The translations under genes and the position numbers were made by a program. This document shows positions 18,846 through 27,554 of a DNA stretch of 64,000 bases, piece after piece (positions within the stretch are counted from its first letter, which is position 1; each line of letters opens with the position of its first letter). Origin of the DNA: Patescibacteria group bacterium (GTDB lineage: Bacteria; Patescibacteriota; Patescibacteriia; Patescibacteriales; JBAZCA01); the NCBI GenBank assembly GCA_041661505.1, contig JBAZUF010000001.1:241576-305575 (forward strand), written 5' to 3'. The notes beneath the pieces were generated by a model. The model made no database searches and was not told where the DNA came from. It worked only from the letters and a program-made list of their open reading frames with translations.

Positions 18846-18874
18846 TTGACGCGAGCTGCCGGGAATTCTACAAT
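18846..18874 (+). promoter_or_regulatory. Sigma70-like promoter of the leader/GNAT transcription unit
   Basis: TTGACG (18846-18851), 17-nt spacer, TACAAT (18869-18874). Confidence 0.55.
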
Positions 18875-18895
18875 ATAAGCACGAACAATATTTAT

Positions 18896-19039
18896 ATGGA
18901 AACTAAAAGCCAAACAATCTTAATTCTCAACCGCCGCCGCACCTCAAATATTCACTTGAGGTTGTTTGACCGCGCTCAAAATCAATAACTAATAAATAAT
19001 TTGAACTCTTCCACGCAACCTCAAGCGAGGTTGTTTTTT
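18896..19039 (+). promoter_or_regulatory. Candidate transcription attenuator: 30-codon leader ORF with CGC-CGC-CGC plus alternative hairpins A:B, B:C and C:D followed by a U-tract
   Basis: The leader is METKSQTILILNRRRTSNIHLRLFDRAQNQ (18896..18988). Segments are A 18941-18947 ACCTCAA, B 18956-18964 TTGAGGTTG, C 19016-19024 CAACCTCAA and D 19027-19033 GAGGTTG, followed by T6 at 19034-19039. Confidence 0.5.
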
Positions 19040-19071
19040 GTTCTTTCCATTAACTCAAGGAGGAGAGAGTC

Positions 19072-19572
19072 ATGCGCATCGTTCATAAAACGCCTCTTGG
19101 CCCGGTCGAAATCTGCAAAGCCCGCACAGAGGATGCATTCCAGATCAGCGAACTGACCCGGCAGTCAAACCTTATCCACCGGACGCCGGAAGAAATTGAA
19201 AGCCGGATAGCCGATTTTCTGACGGCTAAAATCAGCGGGACCGTATTAGCCTGCGTCGGCGCGAAGCATTATGATTTGGACGCGGAAATAATCGCCCTCC
19301 GGACGGCCCCGAATTTTGAGAACTTGGGGCTCGGGAAAATTGTCCTGGGCGTGATTCGCGCGGAATTGGTAAAGCAGAAAAAAAGAAAAATATTCGCGCT
19401 CACGACCGAAATCGTCGCGCAAAAACTTTTTTTTCCGCTGGGCTTTATTAAGGTCGGGATCCAGCTTTTCGGGCCTAAAATTTTAAACGATTGCCTGAAG
19501 TGCCCGAAGAATATCATCGGACCGGAAGGCAATCACCTTTGTAACGAAATTGCTGTTCTCTACCAGGGCTAA
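19072..19572 (+). CDS. GNAT acetyltransferase, short ArgA-like (COG1246-type) N-acetyltransferase
   Basis: 166 aa with strong SD AAGGAGG at 19057-19063. The GNAT core is EIIALRTAPNFENLGLGKIVL, and the C-terminal DCLKCPKN…CNEIAV Cys motif resembles short N-acetylglutamate-synthase-like proteins. Confidence 0.8.
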   Translation: MRIVHKTPLGPVEICKARTEDAFQISELTRQSNLIHRTPEEIESRIADFLTAKISGTVLACVGAKHYDLDAEIIALRTAPNFENLGLGKIVLGVIRAELVKQKKRKIFALTTEIVAQKLFFPLGFIKVGIQLFGPKILNDCLKCPKNIIGPEGNHLCNEIAVLYQG

Positions 19573-19609
19573 AAGAGAGAAAACATCTTCCGGTCTTAAA
19601 AGACGAGGG

Positions 19610-19647
19610 AAAAACAAAAGGGCGGACTAAAAATCCGCCCTTCTTTT
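19610..19647. terminator. Bidirectional terminator between GNAT (+) and the LigD-PE gene (-)
   Basis: Stem GGGCGGA(19620-19626)/TCCGCCC(19634-19640), flanked by an A-run upstream and TTCTTTT downstream. Confidence 0.7.
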
Positions 19648-19662
19648 ATACATAAAGAAAAA

Positions 19663-20199
19663 TTATTTTTTCATCTTTACGAGTAACCATTGCTCTCCTC
19701 CTCTTTCTTTTCTAAACCGGGTCAGGGCAAAAGCGCCTTTTAATTTTTTCCCGTTCAGATTAATAGCCAGGTGGCCTTTTTTTAGTGCGTCTTCCATTGG
19801 CGCGTCCAAGAGATTTTTATAGGTTCCTTTATCCCAGATTTCTACCGTACCGGCGCCATATTCGCCTTTGGGAATCACGCCTTTAAAATTCATGTAATCA
19901 AGCGGATGGTCTTCCACTTTTATCGCGAGTCGTTTCACCGCCGGATCAAGCGACGGCTCCTTTGGCACGGCCCAGGAAACTAAAACGCCGGCCACTTCCA
20001 GCCTAAAATCATAATGCAAATGCGAGGCTTCATGCTTTTGGACGACAAACCGGCTTTTTCCAGAGTCAGTTCCAGTCTTTGCCATGCCAAGCTTCCCGCC
20101 TTTAGTCTTGCCTGCCGGTCCAGGCTTAAGCTTGCCCTTTGGTTCCGGCGTTTTTTTAAAATCCCTTTTCTTTAAATATTTTTCCAGCCCGAGAGGCAT
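19663..20199 (-). CDS. Stand-alone DNA ligase D 3'-phosphoesterase (LigD PE/LigD_N) domain protein
   Basis: 178 aa, FVVQKHEASHLHYDFRLE…WAVPKEPS…VEDHPLDY…GEYGAGTVEIWDKGTY. Confidence 0.85.
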   Translation of the reverse strand: MPLGLEKYLKKRDFKKTPEPKGKLKPGPAGKTKGGKLGMAKTGTDSGKSRFVVQKHEASHLHYDFRLEVAGVLVSWAVPKEPSLDPAVKRLAIKVEDHPLDYMNFKGVIPKGEYGAGTVEIWDKGTYKNLLDAPMEDALKKGHLAINLNGKKLKGAFALTRFRKERGGEQWLLVKMKK

Positions 20200-20209
20200 A
20201 GGGATATAA

Positions 20210-20869
20210 TTACTTAATTATTTTCCCGCTAAAACTTTTCGCCAGATCAATAAAATATTCTTGCCAGTCTTCATTTTTCAGCTTTAAAATCATGCGCGGA
20301 TAATCCTTCACTTTTTTTGCCAGAAGGAATTGGCTGCCCAGCTGTAAATAGTCAACGTGCCAATCGAATTTTATTTTGGCTTTTTTTACCAAGTCGTCGA
20401 TTTTCCAGCCGGTCTTTTTCATAATAAGATATAAATCAATAAAATCCCTCGAACGGGGATTTTGGTAAATCGTAAAAAGCTTGTTAACCGCGATATCCTT
20501 CAGGCTGTCAATAAATAATTTATTAATTTTGGCCTTCTTCTCAATTCTCGGAAACGGAAAATAGGTGAATTCGGTTTTAATAACCTCATTTTTTATATAA
20601 AGAAAGATGAGGTTGCGGTTGAAGCTCTGTTCATAATCAACTTTTTTTATCCCTAACCGCTTTTTATTTTTCGCAAAAAACACGCTGATTGCCTGAAGGC
20701 CGAATTCTTTCTCGGAAAAAAAATCCAGGTCTTCGGATAAGCGGTGTTTTAAATAATATTCAGCTAACGCCGTCCCGCCGGTTAAATAAAAACGTCGGCA
20801 AATCTCGTTATCATTGCCGATTGCCTCAAGAATCTTAAGTTGATTCGCGCTTAAGATTGTTTCGGCCAT
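20210..20869 (-). CDS. Nucleotidyltransferase AbiEii/AbiGii-family toxin (DUF1814)
   Basis: 219 aa, YLTGGTALAEYYLKHRLSEDLDFF, the typical AbiEii N-terminal NTase motif. Confidence 0.82.
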   Translation of the reverse strand: MAETILSANQLKILEAIGNDNEICRRFYLTGGTALAEYYLKHRLSEDLDFFSEKEFGLQAISVFFAKNKKRLGIKKVDYEQSFNRNLIFLYIKNEVIKTEFTYFPFPRIEKKAKINKLFIDSLKDIAVNKLFTIYQNPRSRDFIDLYLIMKKTGWKIDDLVKKAKIKFDWHVDYLQLGSQFLLAKKVKDYPRMILKLKNEDWQEYFIDLAKSFSGKIIK

Positions 20870-21054
20870 AAAAGCATTTTTAAATATTCCTTCTTATTAA
20901 TATCCAAATTAAGAGCTTTCCAGTATTTTTTCAGCTCTTCGCGCTTTATTTTTTTTCCGCCCAAACCAAAATTAACCATCTGCTCTAACCGCCAGATGGC
21001 ATACCCGGTTTTGTCTTTCTTTAATTCGGTTGTATCGACCGACCAATTTCTCAT
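20851..21054 (-). CDS. Small protein overlapping the AbiEii gene by 19 nt; putative cognate antitoxin
   Basis: 67 aa. The call rests on position (overlap with the toxin start) and size only. No motif was recognised with certainty. Confidence 0.45.
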   Translation of the reverse strand: MRNWSVDTTELKKDKTGYAIWRLEQMVNFGLGGKKIKREELKKYWKALNLDINKKEYLKMLLWPKQS

Positions 21055-21134
21055 ATTACATTGATATACCTAAATTATAGCTTATTTTAAAGAAAAAATC
21101 AACCTTTTGCGTTTGTTTCAAAATCATATTTTCT

Positions 21135-22232
21135 CTAATTTTTAGCGCTTTTTAGCATTCCGCAGGCCGCCCAGATTTCCCGGCCGAATTCTTTTCGGAT
21201 AGTTACCTGGATTCTTGCCTTTTCCAGCAGTGCCTTAAACTTTTCCACCTTTTCCTTAGGGCTTGGCTCAAAATCCAGAGTCTTATTGTATAGAATTAAA
21301 TTGACGTAATACAATTTCCGCCCTTTCAAAAGTTCGGCTAACTCCCGCGCGTTTTCCTCGTTGTCATTCACACCCTTAAGCATGACGTACTCGACCATTA
21401 CTTTCCGGTTAGTTTTTTCAATATATTCATCAATCGCCTCAATCACCCTTTTAATCGAAAACCTTTTATTGATCGGGCAAAGATTCGAACGCAATTTGTC
21501 GTTCGGTGCATGCAGGGAAAAAGCCAAATTAACCTGCAAATTTTCTTTAGCCAGTTTTCTTATCCCTTCCGGGATGCCGATAGTGGAAATAGAAATATGC
21601 CGGGCGCCTAAGCCAAAGCCGTTTTTATCGTTTAGTATCTTTATTGCTGAAATGACATTATCATAATTCAACATCGGCTCGCCCATGCCCATAAAAACTA
21701 TATTGGTTACTTTTGCTTCTTCTCTTTCCTGATTTTTTCTATCCTTACCATGCATCGCGCCTTCACTTCCCTCTTCACTGTCTTGTCCATCCCTGCCTTT
21801 ATCTAAATTTTTCAGCCACCGGGCGAAAAAAATTATTTGCTCAACTATCTCGTGGGCTTCAAGGTTGCGCTTAAATCCGGATTGGCCGGTCGCGCAAAAA
21901 GCGCAACCCAAAGGACAGCCGACCTGCGAGGAAACGCAAACCGTATTGCGTTTATCAGCATGGCGGATTAAAACGCTTTCTACTTGCCTCCCGTCTTCTA
22001 GTTTCAAGCCGGCCTTAAAACAATTCTCCTCTTTATTCTTCGCGATTCTTTCCGGTTTTAAACTGTCCCAAGGAATTTCTTTTTCCAGTTTTTCACGCAA
22101 GTCTTTGGGTAGTACGGTCACGGCCTCCCACGAATCAGCCAGCGCGCCAAAATAAGCCCCGTAAATCTGCTTTTCCCTAAAAGCCGGCAATTTATTTTCT
22201 TTTAAGTATTTATGCAGTTCGTTAAAATTCAT
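21135..22232 (-). CDS. rlmN: 23S rRNA/tRNA A2503-C2 methyltransferase RlmN (radical SAM)
   Basis: 365 aa with radical-SAM CPLGCAFCATG and GMGEP. It contains an acidic low-complexity insertion (GRDGQDSEEGSEGAMHGKDRKNQEREEAK). Confidence 0.9.
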   Translation of the reverse strand: MNFNELHKYLKENKLPAFREKQIYGAYFGALADSWEAVTVLPKDLREKLEKEIPWDSLKPERIAKNKEENCFKAGLKLEDGRQVESVLIRHADKRNTVCVSSQVGCPLGCAFCATGQSGFKRNLEAHEIVEQIIFFARWLKNLDKGRDGQDSEEGSEGAMHGKDRKNQEREEAKVTNIVFMGMGEPMLNYDNVISAIKILNDKNGFGLGARHISISTIGIPEGIRKLAKENLQVNLAFSLHAPNDKLRSNLCPINKRFSIKRVIEAIDEYIEKTNRKVMVEYVMLKGVNDNEENARELAELLKGRKLYYVNLILYNKTLDFEPSPKEKVEKFKALLEKARIQVTIRKEFGREIWAACGMLKSAKN

Positions 22233-22286
22233 ATTTATTATATTATAGCGAGCTCACTACTCTTCCGCAGTAGAAATTGGAAATAT

Positions 22287-23369
22287 TTACTCGCCTATAT
22301 CGCTCTTTTTTCCATTCCGATTAAAGATTACCACTATAACAAGCATTAGTAAAAATAAAATCCCGAGCGCCAAGACTTTTCCTTGGCTTTGTAAAAATAG
22401 CGCCGAAAGCCCAAAGGCGGCCGAAAGAAAATAATAAATTAAAACGGTTTTTCTTTGCCCCAGGCCCGAATCAAAAAGCCGGTAGTGGAGATGGAGCCGG
22501 TCGGAAAATCGGAAAGGATTTTTTCCGGCTTTAATTCTCCGGATAATCGCCCAGGCGACGTCCAGTATTGGGATGCCAAGGATTAAAAGGGCGATCGCGA
22601 TTTTTCCGCCGGAGATTATTGCGAGGACGCCGAGGGCATATCCTAAAAAGAGCGACCCGCCTTCGCCTAAAAAAATCTTAGCCGGATGCCAGTTTAAGAT
22701 TAAAAAACCTAAACAGGCGGCCGACAATATAAGCGCCGCCAGTCCGACGTCAGGCTGGTAGTACTTAGTCGTCATGGTAAAAAGGAAAATTATAAAAGCG
22801 CCGATAGCCGTTACGCCGGTAACCAGGCCGTCTAAACCGTCTAAAATTTTTGTCGTATACATCATGCCCATAAGCCAAAGGAGTACAAAGGTGTCGGAAA
22901 TAAAAACAAAATAATGCATTTTTCCGCTCCAGGCCAGAAGCGGTATTTTCCATTGGTCGAGGTATAGGAGGCCGCCTAAAGGATTGGTAATTTTTTCAAT
23001 CCCGACTCCGCCGGCGATTACCGCGAGCGCGGCGAGTACGGGAAAAATAATTTGCTTACCCGGGCTCAAATTGTATTTATCATCCAAAAATCCGCCGAGC
23101 ATCAGTATGCAAGCGCCAATAAAAAATCCGATCCAATGGTGCGCCGCTAAATTTCCGGCTAACAATTTATTCTGCACTAAAAAAAGCCCGATAAAAAAAG
23201 CGAAAAAAATCGCCGTCCCGCCTAAAAGCGGAACCGCGACTTGGTGGACTTTTCTTCCGGTTGCCGGCAGATCAACAACGCCCAGCCTCAATGCCAGGCG
23301 CTTTACCAAAAGGGCGCCGGCGGCGGACAGTAAAAAAGCGGCGGCGAATATTTCAAAATAAAATTGCAT
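22287..23369 (-). CDS. Glycosyltransferase family 4 polyprenyl-phosphate sugar-1-phosphate transferase (MraY/WecA family)
   Basis: 360 aa, polytopic, with motifs GGFLDDKYNLSP, ILDGLDGL and LGEGGS. Confidence 0.85.
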   Translation of the reverse strand: MQFYFEIFAAAFLLSAAGALLVKRLALRLGVVDLPATGRKVHQVAVPLLGGTAIFFAFFIGLFLVQNKLLAGNLAAHHWIGFFIGACILMLGGFLDDKYNLSPGKQIIFPVLAALAVIAGGVGIEKITNPLGGLLYLDQWKIPLLAWSGKMHYFVFISDTFVLLWLMGMMYTTKILDGLDGLVTGVTAIGAFIIFLFTMTTKYYQPDVGLAALILSAACLGFLILNWHPAKIFLGEGGSLFLGYALGVLAIISGGKIAIALLILGIPILDVAWAIIRRIKAGKNPFRFSDRLHLHYRLFDSGLGQRKTVLIYYFLSAAFGLSALFLQSQGKVLALGILFLLMLVIVVIFNRNGKKSDIGE

Positions 23370-23383
23370 CCGATATTTTCTAA

Positions 23384-26137
23384 TTACAAAGCTTTCCCTT
23401 TAACTATATCAATTTCCGCCTGTTCGTTAATCACTACTGTATCGCGCCGCTTCAGCTCGCCGGAAAGAATATTATTGGCGATGATGTTTTCGATTTTATC
23501 CTGTAAAAGGCGGCGAAGCGGCCGGGCGCCGAATTTCGGGTCAAACCCTTCGCGGGCCAAAATCTTAATTCCCTCCTCCTTCGCCTCCAAGCCAATTCCC
23601 TTAGCCAAAAGGGTCTTGGACAAAGTCTTAACCATTAGCCGGGTTATGTCAATGACGTTTTCCTGATCCAAGGGTTCAAAGACGATTATCCCGTCAAAAC
23701 GGTTTATCAGCTCCGGACGCAGTATTTTGTTTAAATGCTCATTGATTAATGTTTCTTTTATCTGGCCAAAGTCGGCATTTTTTTTGTCCTTTAAGGCTTC
23801 CTGAATATAAAGGGCGCCGGCGTTCGAGGTGGCGATAATAATTGAATTGGTAAAGTCGACCGTCCTTCCCTGGCCGTCAGTCAGCCGGCCGTCGTCCATA
23901 ACCTGCAAGAACAGGTTCAGAATATCTTTGTAGGCTTTTTCGAATTCATCCAGGAGAATCAAGGAGAACGGCGCCTTGCGCACCGCTTCGGTCAAATGTC
24001 CCGGCGAACCCTCTCCGCCGATTAGATTATTGACGCTTTCCGGGATTTGATATTCGGACATATCCAGCCGAATCATACATTTTTCATCGCCGAAATATAC
24101 TCGGGCAATTGATTTGGCCAATTCAGTCTTTCCCACCCCGGTCGGCCCCAAAAATAAAAAGCTCGCAATCGGGCGCTTGCCTTCGGTCATCTGCGCCCGC
24201 GCCCGCCGGAGGCTCGCCGAAACAACGTTAACCGCTTCTTTCTGGTTAATCATATACTTATGGATCTCCTCCTCCAAGTTGAGCAGTTTTTCACTTTCCT
24301 CACCGGCCGCCTGGGCTACCGGAATGTGGGTAATTTCGCTTACGACTTCGGCGATATCGCTTTTGGTTATAAATCTTTTTTCTTTTTCTTTTTTCGCCGC
24401 CCGCGCGGAAACCGTTTCCATTACTTTAACCGCTTTGGCCGGCAGGAAGCTGTCATGGATATATTTGACCGTTAAAGCAATTACCTGCTCTAAAGCCGAG
24501 TAGGAAAAAAATACTCCGTAGCGGCCTTCAAGAAAATTAATTTTACTTGATAATATCCGAACCGCCTGATCGCCCGCCGGTTCATTAACTTCAACCTTGC
24601 CCATCGCGCTTCCCAAAGCCCTGCCTTCCAAATATTTGGTATAATTTTCGCTGGTAACCGTTGCGATGCAAATCACGTATTTCCGGTCAATAGCATTGGC
24701 TAAAACTTCGGACAATTCAAGGCTCTCTTCTCCGCCGGCGGAAATTCCCGTTATGGTTTGGATGTCATGCATGGCGAGGATTATATTTCCCGAGCGGTTA
24801 GCCTCATCAATCAGCTCTTGCAGCCGTTCTTCAGCCTGGGCGGCAGTCGCTCCGGAAATTAGGCGCGAAGTGTCGATTTCGATCAGCCTTTTGTCGCGGA
24901 AAATTTTCGGCACTTCCTCTTCGGCCATCAGCTGGGCAATTCCCTGGATAATGGCTTTCTTGCCGGTTCCCGGCGGACCGACTAAAAGGATTCCGGCTTG
25001 GCCCGAATCGACAATGCTAAAAGCCTGGCTGATTTCTTTTTCCCGGGCAACGCAAAATTCCAGCTTTCCCCATTTAGCCGCGACCGTAAGGTCATACCCG
25101 AAATTATCCAAAAGCGGAGTAGCTACGGCCGTATAAGCCCGATTCATGTTGGTCGACGGCTTAAAGCGCGACTGGCTCCTGTATTTACTGTATTTCTCCG
25201 CCATCTCGTCATTAATTCGAAACCAATTGACGACGTTCTGGATTTTCTGCCCGTCAATTTCCATTTCATAAAGCAAGTCCTCAATTAACCGGTCCGAACC
25301 CACGATCGGTAAAATAAAATTTATCGGCTCGACCGCCGGCTGTCCTAAGTCGCGGGCGCCCGCGTAGGCTAAAATCATGGCTTTTTTAAAATCATTATCT
25401 TCCTGAATATTGAGATGCGCGAGGCCGCCTCCTTTTTGCACCAAAGAAAGCTGGCTCTCGATTTTTCCCTTGATCGCCGGCACGTTGGCATTCAGGCGGA
25501 AAAAAAGCCCGAGTATTTTTTCATCTTTTAACAATGACAAAAAAAGATGCCGGACGCCTACGGTTTCATGGCCGTAAGAGGCGGCTAAAAAATAGGCGTC
25601 TTCAACCGCCTTAATGGCCGGCAGGCCGAAAGATTCCGCGATATTGACTTTGGACAACCGGGCATCTTTTTTCTTGCCGAAAATATTTTTTGGCTTCTTT
25701 TCATCATCTTTCAAAATTCTCACCGCTTTCAATTTCCTTTCTTTTTCGCTGGTGCGGTAAATTAAAAACATATCGAAGACAACCGAAATCCAGAACCACA
25801 AAATAAGCGCGTTCTTTTTTTGCCAAATGAAATAATCGGCAACGTCAACGTTTCCTTCCCGGTAATTTAGATAAGCCCAAAAGCCCAAAGAAATAATTCC
25901 GGCCAATCCGGCAAGATAGGCAATAATATTTACGGCCAAGTTTATTTTCCTTTCAATCCTCGACAACCGGATACTGGTAATTCCGAGCCTCTTTCCCCAA
26001 AATAAAATGCTCGGTCCGGAAGCCAAGCCAACGCCCACTCCCTTGCAGTGGAAGCAGGGTAAAAAATTAACCTGTCCCGAACCGCCGCATTCGGCGCAGA
26101 CGGAAAAAATCGGCTCATTTTTTTTTGGTTCTTCCAT
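23384..26137 (-). CDS. Membrane-anchored double-AAA+ Clp/Hsp100 ATPase (ClpC/ClpB-like) with an N-terminal zinc ribbon
   Basis: 917 aa. It has N-terminal CxxCxGxG/CxxCxGxG (CAECGGSGQVNFLPCFHCKGVG) and about 3 predicted TM helices. Clp_N-like repeats follow, with Walker A motifs GPPGTGKK and GPTGVGKTELAK. Confidence 0.88.
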   Translation of the reverse strand: MEEPKKNEPIFSVCAECGGSGQVNFLPCFHCKGVGVGLASGPSILFWGKRLGITSIRLSRIERKINLAVNIIAYLAGLAGIISLGFWAYLNYREGNVDVADYFIWQKKNALILWFWISVVFDMFLIYRTSEKERKLKAVRILKDDEKKPKNIFGKKKDARLSKVNIAESFGLPAIKAVEDAYFLAASYGHETVGVRHLFLSLLKDEKILGLFFRLNANVPAIKGKIESQLSLVQKGGGLAHLNIQEDNDFKKAMILAYAGARDLGQPAVEPINFILPIVGSDRLIEDLLYEMEIDGQKIQNVVNWFRINDEMAEKYSKYRSQSRFKPSTNMNRAYTAVATPLLDNFGYDLTVAAKWGKLEFCVAREKEISQAFSIVDSGQAGILLVGPPGTGKKAIIQGIAQLMAEEEVPKIFRDKRLIEIDTSRLISGATAAQAEERLQELIDEANRSGNIILAMHDIQTITGISAGGEESLELSEVLANAIDRKYVICIATVTSENYTKYLEGRALGSAMGKVEVNEPAGDQAVRILSSKINFLEGRYGVFFSYSALEQVIALTVKYIHDSFLPAKAVKVMETVSARAAKKEKEKRFITKSDIAEVVSEITHIPVAQAAGEESEKLLNLEEEIHKYMINQKEAVNVVSASLRRARAQMTEGKRPIASFLFLGPTGVGKTELAKSIARVYFGDEKCMIRLDMSEYQIPESVNNLIGGEGSPGHLTEAVRKAPFSLILLDEFEKAYKDILNLFLQVMDDGRLTDGQGRTVDFTNSIIIATSNAGALYIQEALKDKKNADFGQIKETLINEHLNKILRPELINRFDGIIVFEPLDQENVIDITRLMVKTLSKTLLAKGIGLEAKEEGIKILAREGFDPKFGARPLRRLLQDKIENIIANNILSGELKRRDTVVINEQAEIDIVKGKAL

Positions 26138-26197
26138 TTAAGATTACTTAGTCCCGCCATTCCTTCCGATAAAACAAGGCTGGGGCCGGGGCGAACT

Positions 26198-26650
26198 TTA
26201 GCTTAACTGGTAAAAAATTTGCCCGATTACGATTATCGGCAAAGCCAGCCAAACAAGGAATAAAATAAACGCGATAATTATCCAAATAACCAAGGCGATT
26301 CCGCGGACGGCAATTTGCGCCAGGCGGACGAAAAAGCTAATTAATAATCCGTCCCAGCCCCCGACGCCGTACATGGGCCGGAATAAATTTTTTACCCAGA
26401 CAAAAAAGGCCAGTGATTTTTCTTCGTTAACAACCATGCTAAAAAGCCCCTTTGCCGCCCGGATCGTCCCAAGGGAATACCACCAGATCGGAAAGTAAAG
26501 TACGCCGTAAACCAAGCCAAAAACCAGGTGGAAAAAATAATAAATAAAGTTGTCCTTGACGAGTTCTTTAAACATAAAAATACGAAGTTTGCTTCCCGTA
26601 TATTTTACCATTTTGCCCGAGTGCGGGCAAATCCTTGAGTTTGACATCAC
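26198..26650 (-). CDS. Hypothetical polytopic membrane protein
   Basis: 150 aa with 3-4 hydrophobic helices and no recognisable motif. Confidence 0.55.
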   Translation of the reverse strand: MMSNSRICPHSGKMVKYTGSKLRIFMFKELVKDNFIYYFFHLVFGLVYGVLYFPIWWYSLGTIRAAKGLFSMVVNEEKSLAFFVWVKNLFRPMYGVGGWDGLLISFFVRLAQIAVRGIALVIWIIIAFILFLVWLALPIIVIGQIFYQLS

Positions 26651-26783
26651 CGGTCTTTTATTCTAATATTTAATTATTAAAACATCCCGAGCTCTTCGGG
26701 ATTTGTTTAAATAAGCGAAAGTCTTATCACAACTCGCGAGCCCATTATTTTGCGCCCATCGCTTGATCTAAAAACAACATCAT

Positions 26784-26857
26784 TCGGGGATCGTCCAACG
26801 GCAAGACAGCGGCCTTTGAAGCCGTTTATCCTGGTTCGAATCCAGGTCCCCGAGCCA
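26784..26857 (+). tRNA. tRNA-Gln (anticodon UUG), CCA encoded
   Basis: Folded by hand: 7-bp acceptor TCGGGGA/TCCCCGA, anticodon stem GCGGC/GCCGT, loop CTTTGAA, T-arm CCTGG-TTCGAAT-CCAGG, then G-CCA. Confidence 0.9.
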
Positions 26858-26951
26858 GTCGGAATAACGCCAATATCGGGCGTTATTTTTTATCCGGAAA
26901 TTCAGGACTATAGTATTTTGCATATGCAGGTAAAAATGATAAAATTAACTT

Positions 26952-27179
26952 ATGAAGAAGCAAAAAAAAGAAATCATAATATATCAATCTCCGAAAGGAG
27001 CGATAGAGCTTCGCGGTGATTTTAATAAGGAGACAATCTGGGCGACGCAGGCGCAAATTGCCAGTCTTTTCGGTATTAATCGTTCAACGACAACGAAGCA
27101 TCTTAATAATGTTCTAAAAACTAATGAAGTTGATGAAAAAAGCAATGTGCAAAAAATGCACATTGCAATTAAGTGTTAA
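26952..27179 (+). pseudogene. Truncated RhuM-family (virulence-associated/Fic-like neighbour) N-terminal fragment
   Basis: 75 aa, IIIYQSPKGAIELRGDFNKETIWATQAQIASLFGINRSTTTKHLNNVLKTNEVDE. This matches only the N-terminal part of RhuM proteins, which are about 330 aa. Confidence 0.6.
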
Positions 27180-27554
27180 TATCAACTTGTTCCTTAATGA
27201 AACAAATTAATTTCAGTTGTTGCATTTCTTGCAACAACTAATAAAAAGAAGCGACAAAATTGTTTCCTTTTGACTTATCTTAAATTGTCAGGCTTATTAT
27301 CGCATAATATAATAAAGTCCAGGAGCCTTCAGAATATGCAAGCCAAAGGAAACGCGCCTCGCAAATGCGGGGCGTATTTTTGTTGAGAAAAATTAGCGTT
27401 TAACTTGAAGGAAGTTTAAGTTATGAAAGTTTTTCGGCCGGCCAGGCAATAAATTATGAAATAATACGTCATTTAATAAAGGCTGCGCAATTGAGTTTAA
27501 TAGATAAAAGTATTATTAAAATAAAAAAGGACTATTTGTCTTTAACGTAAAAAT

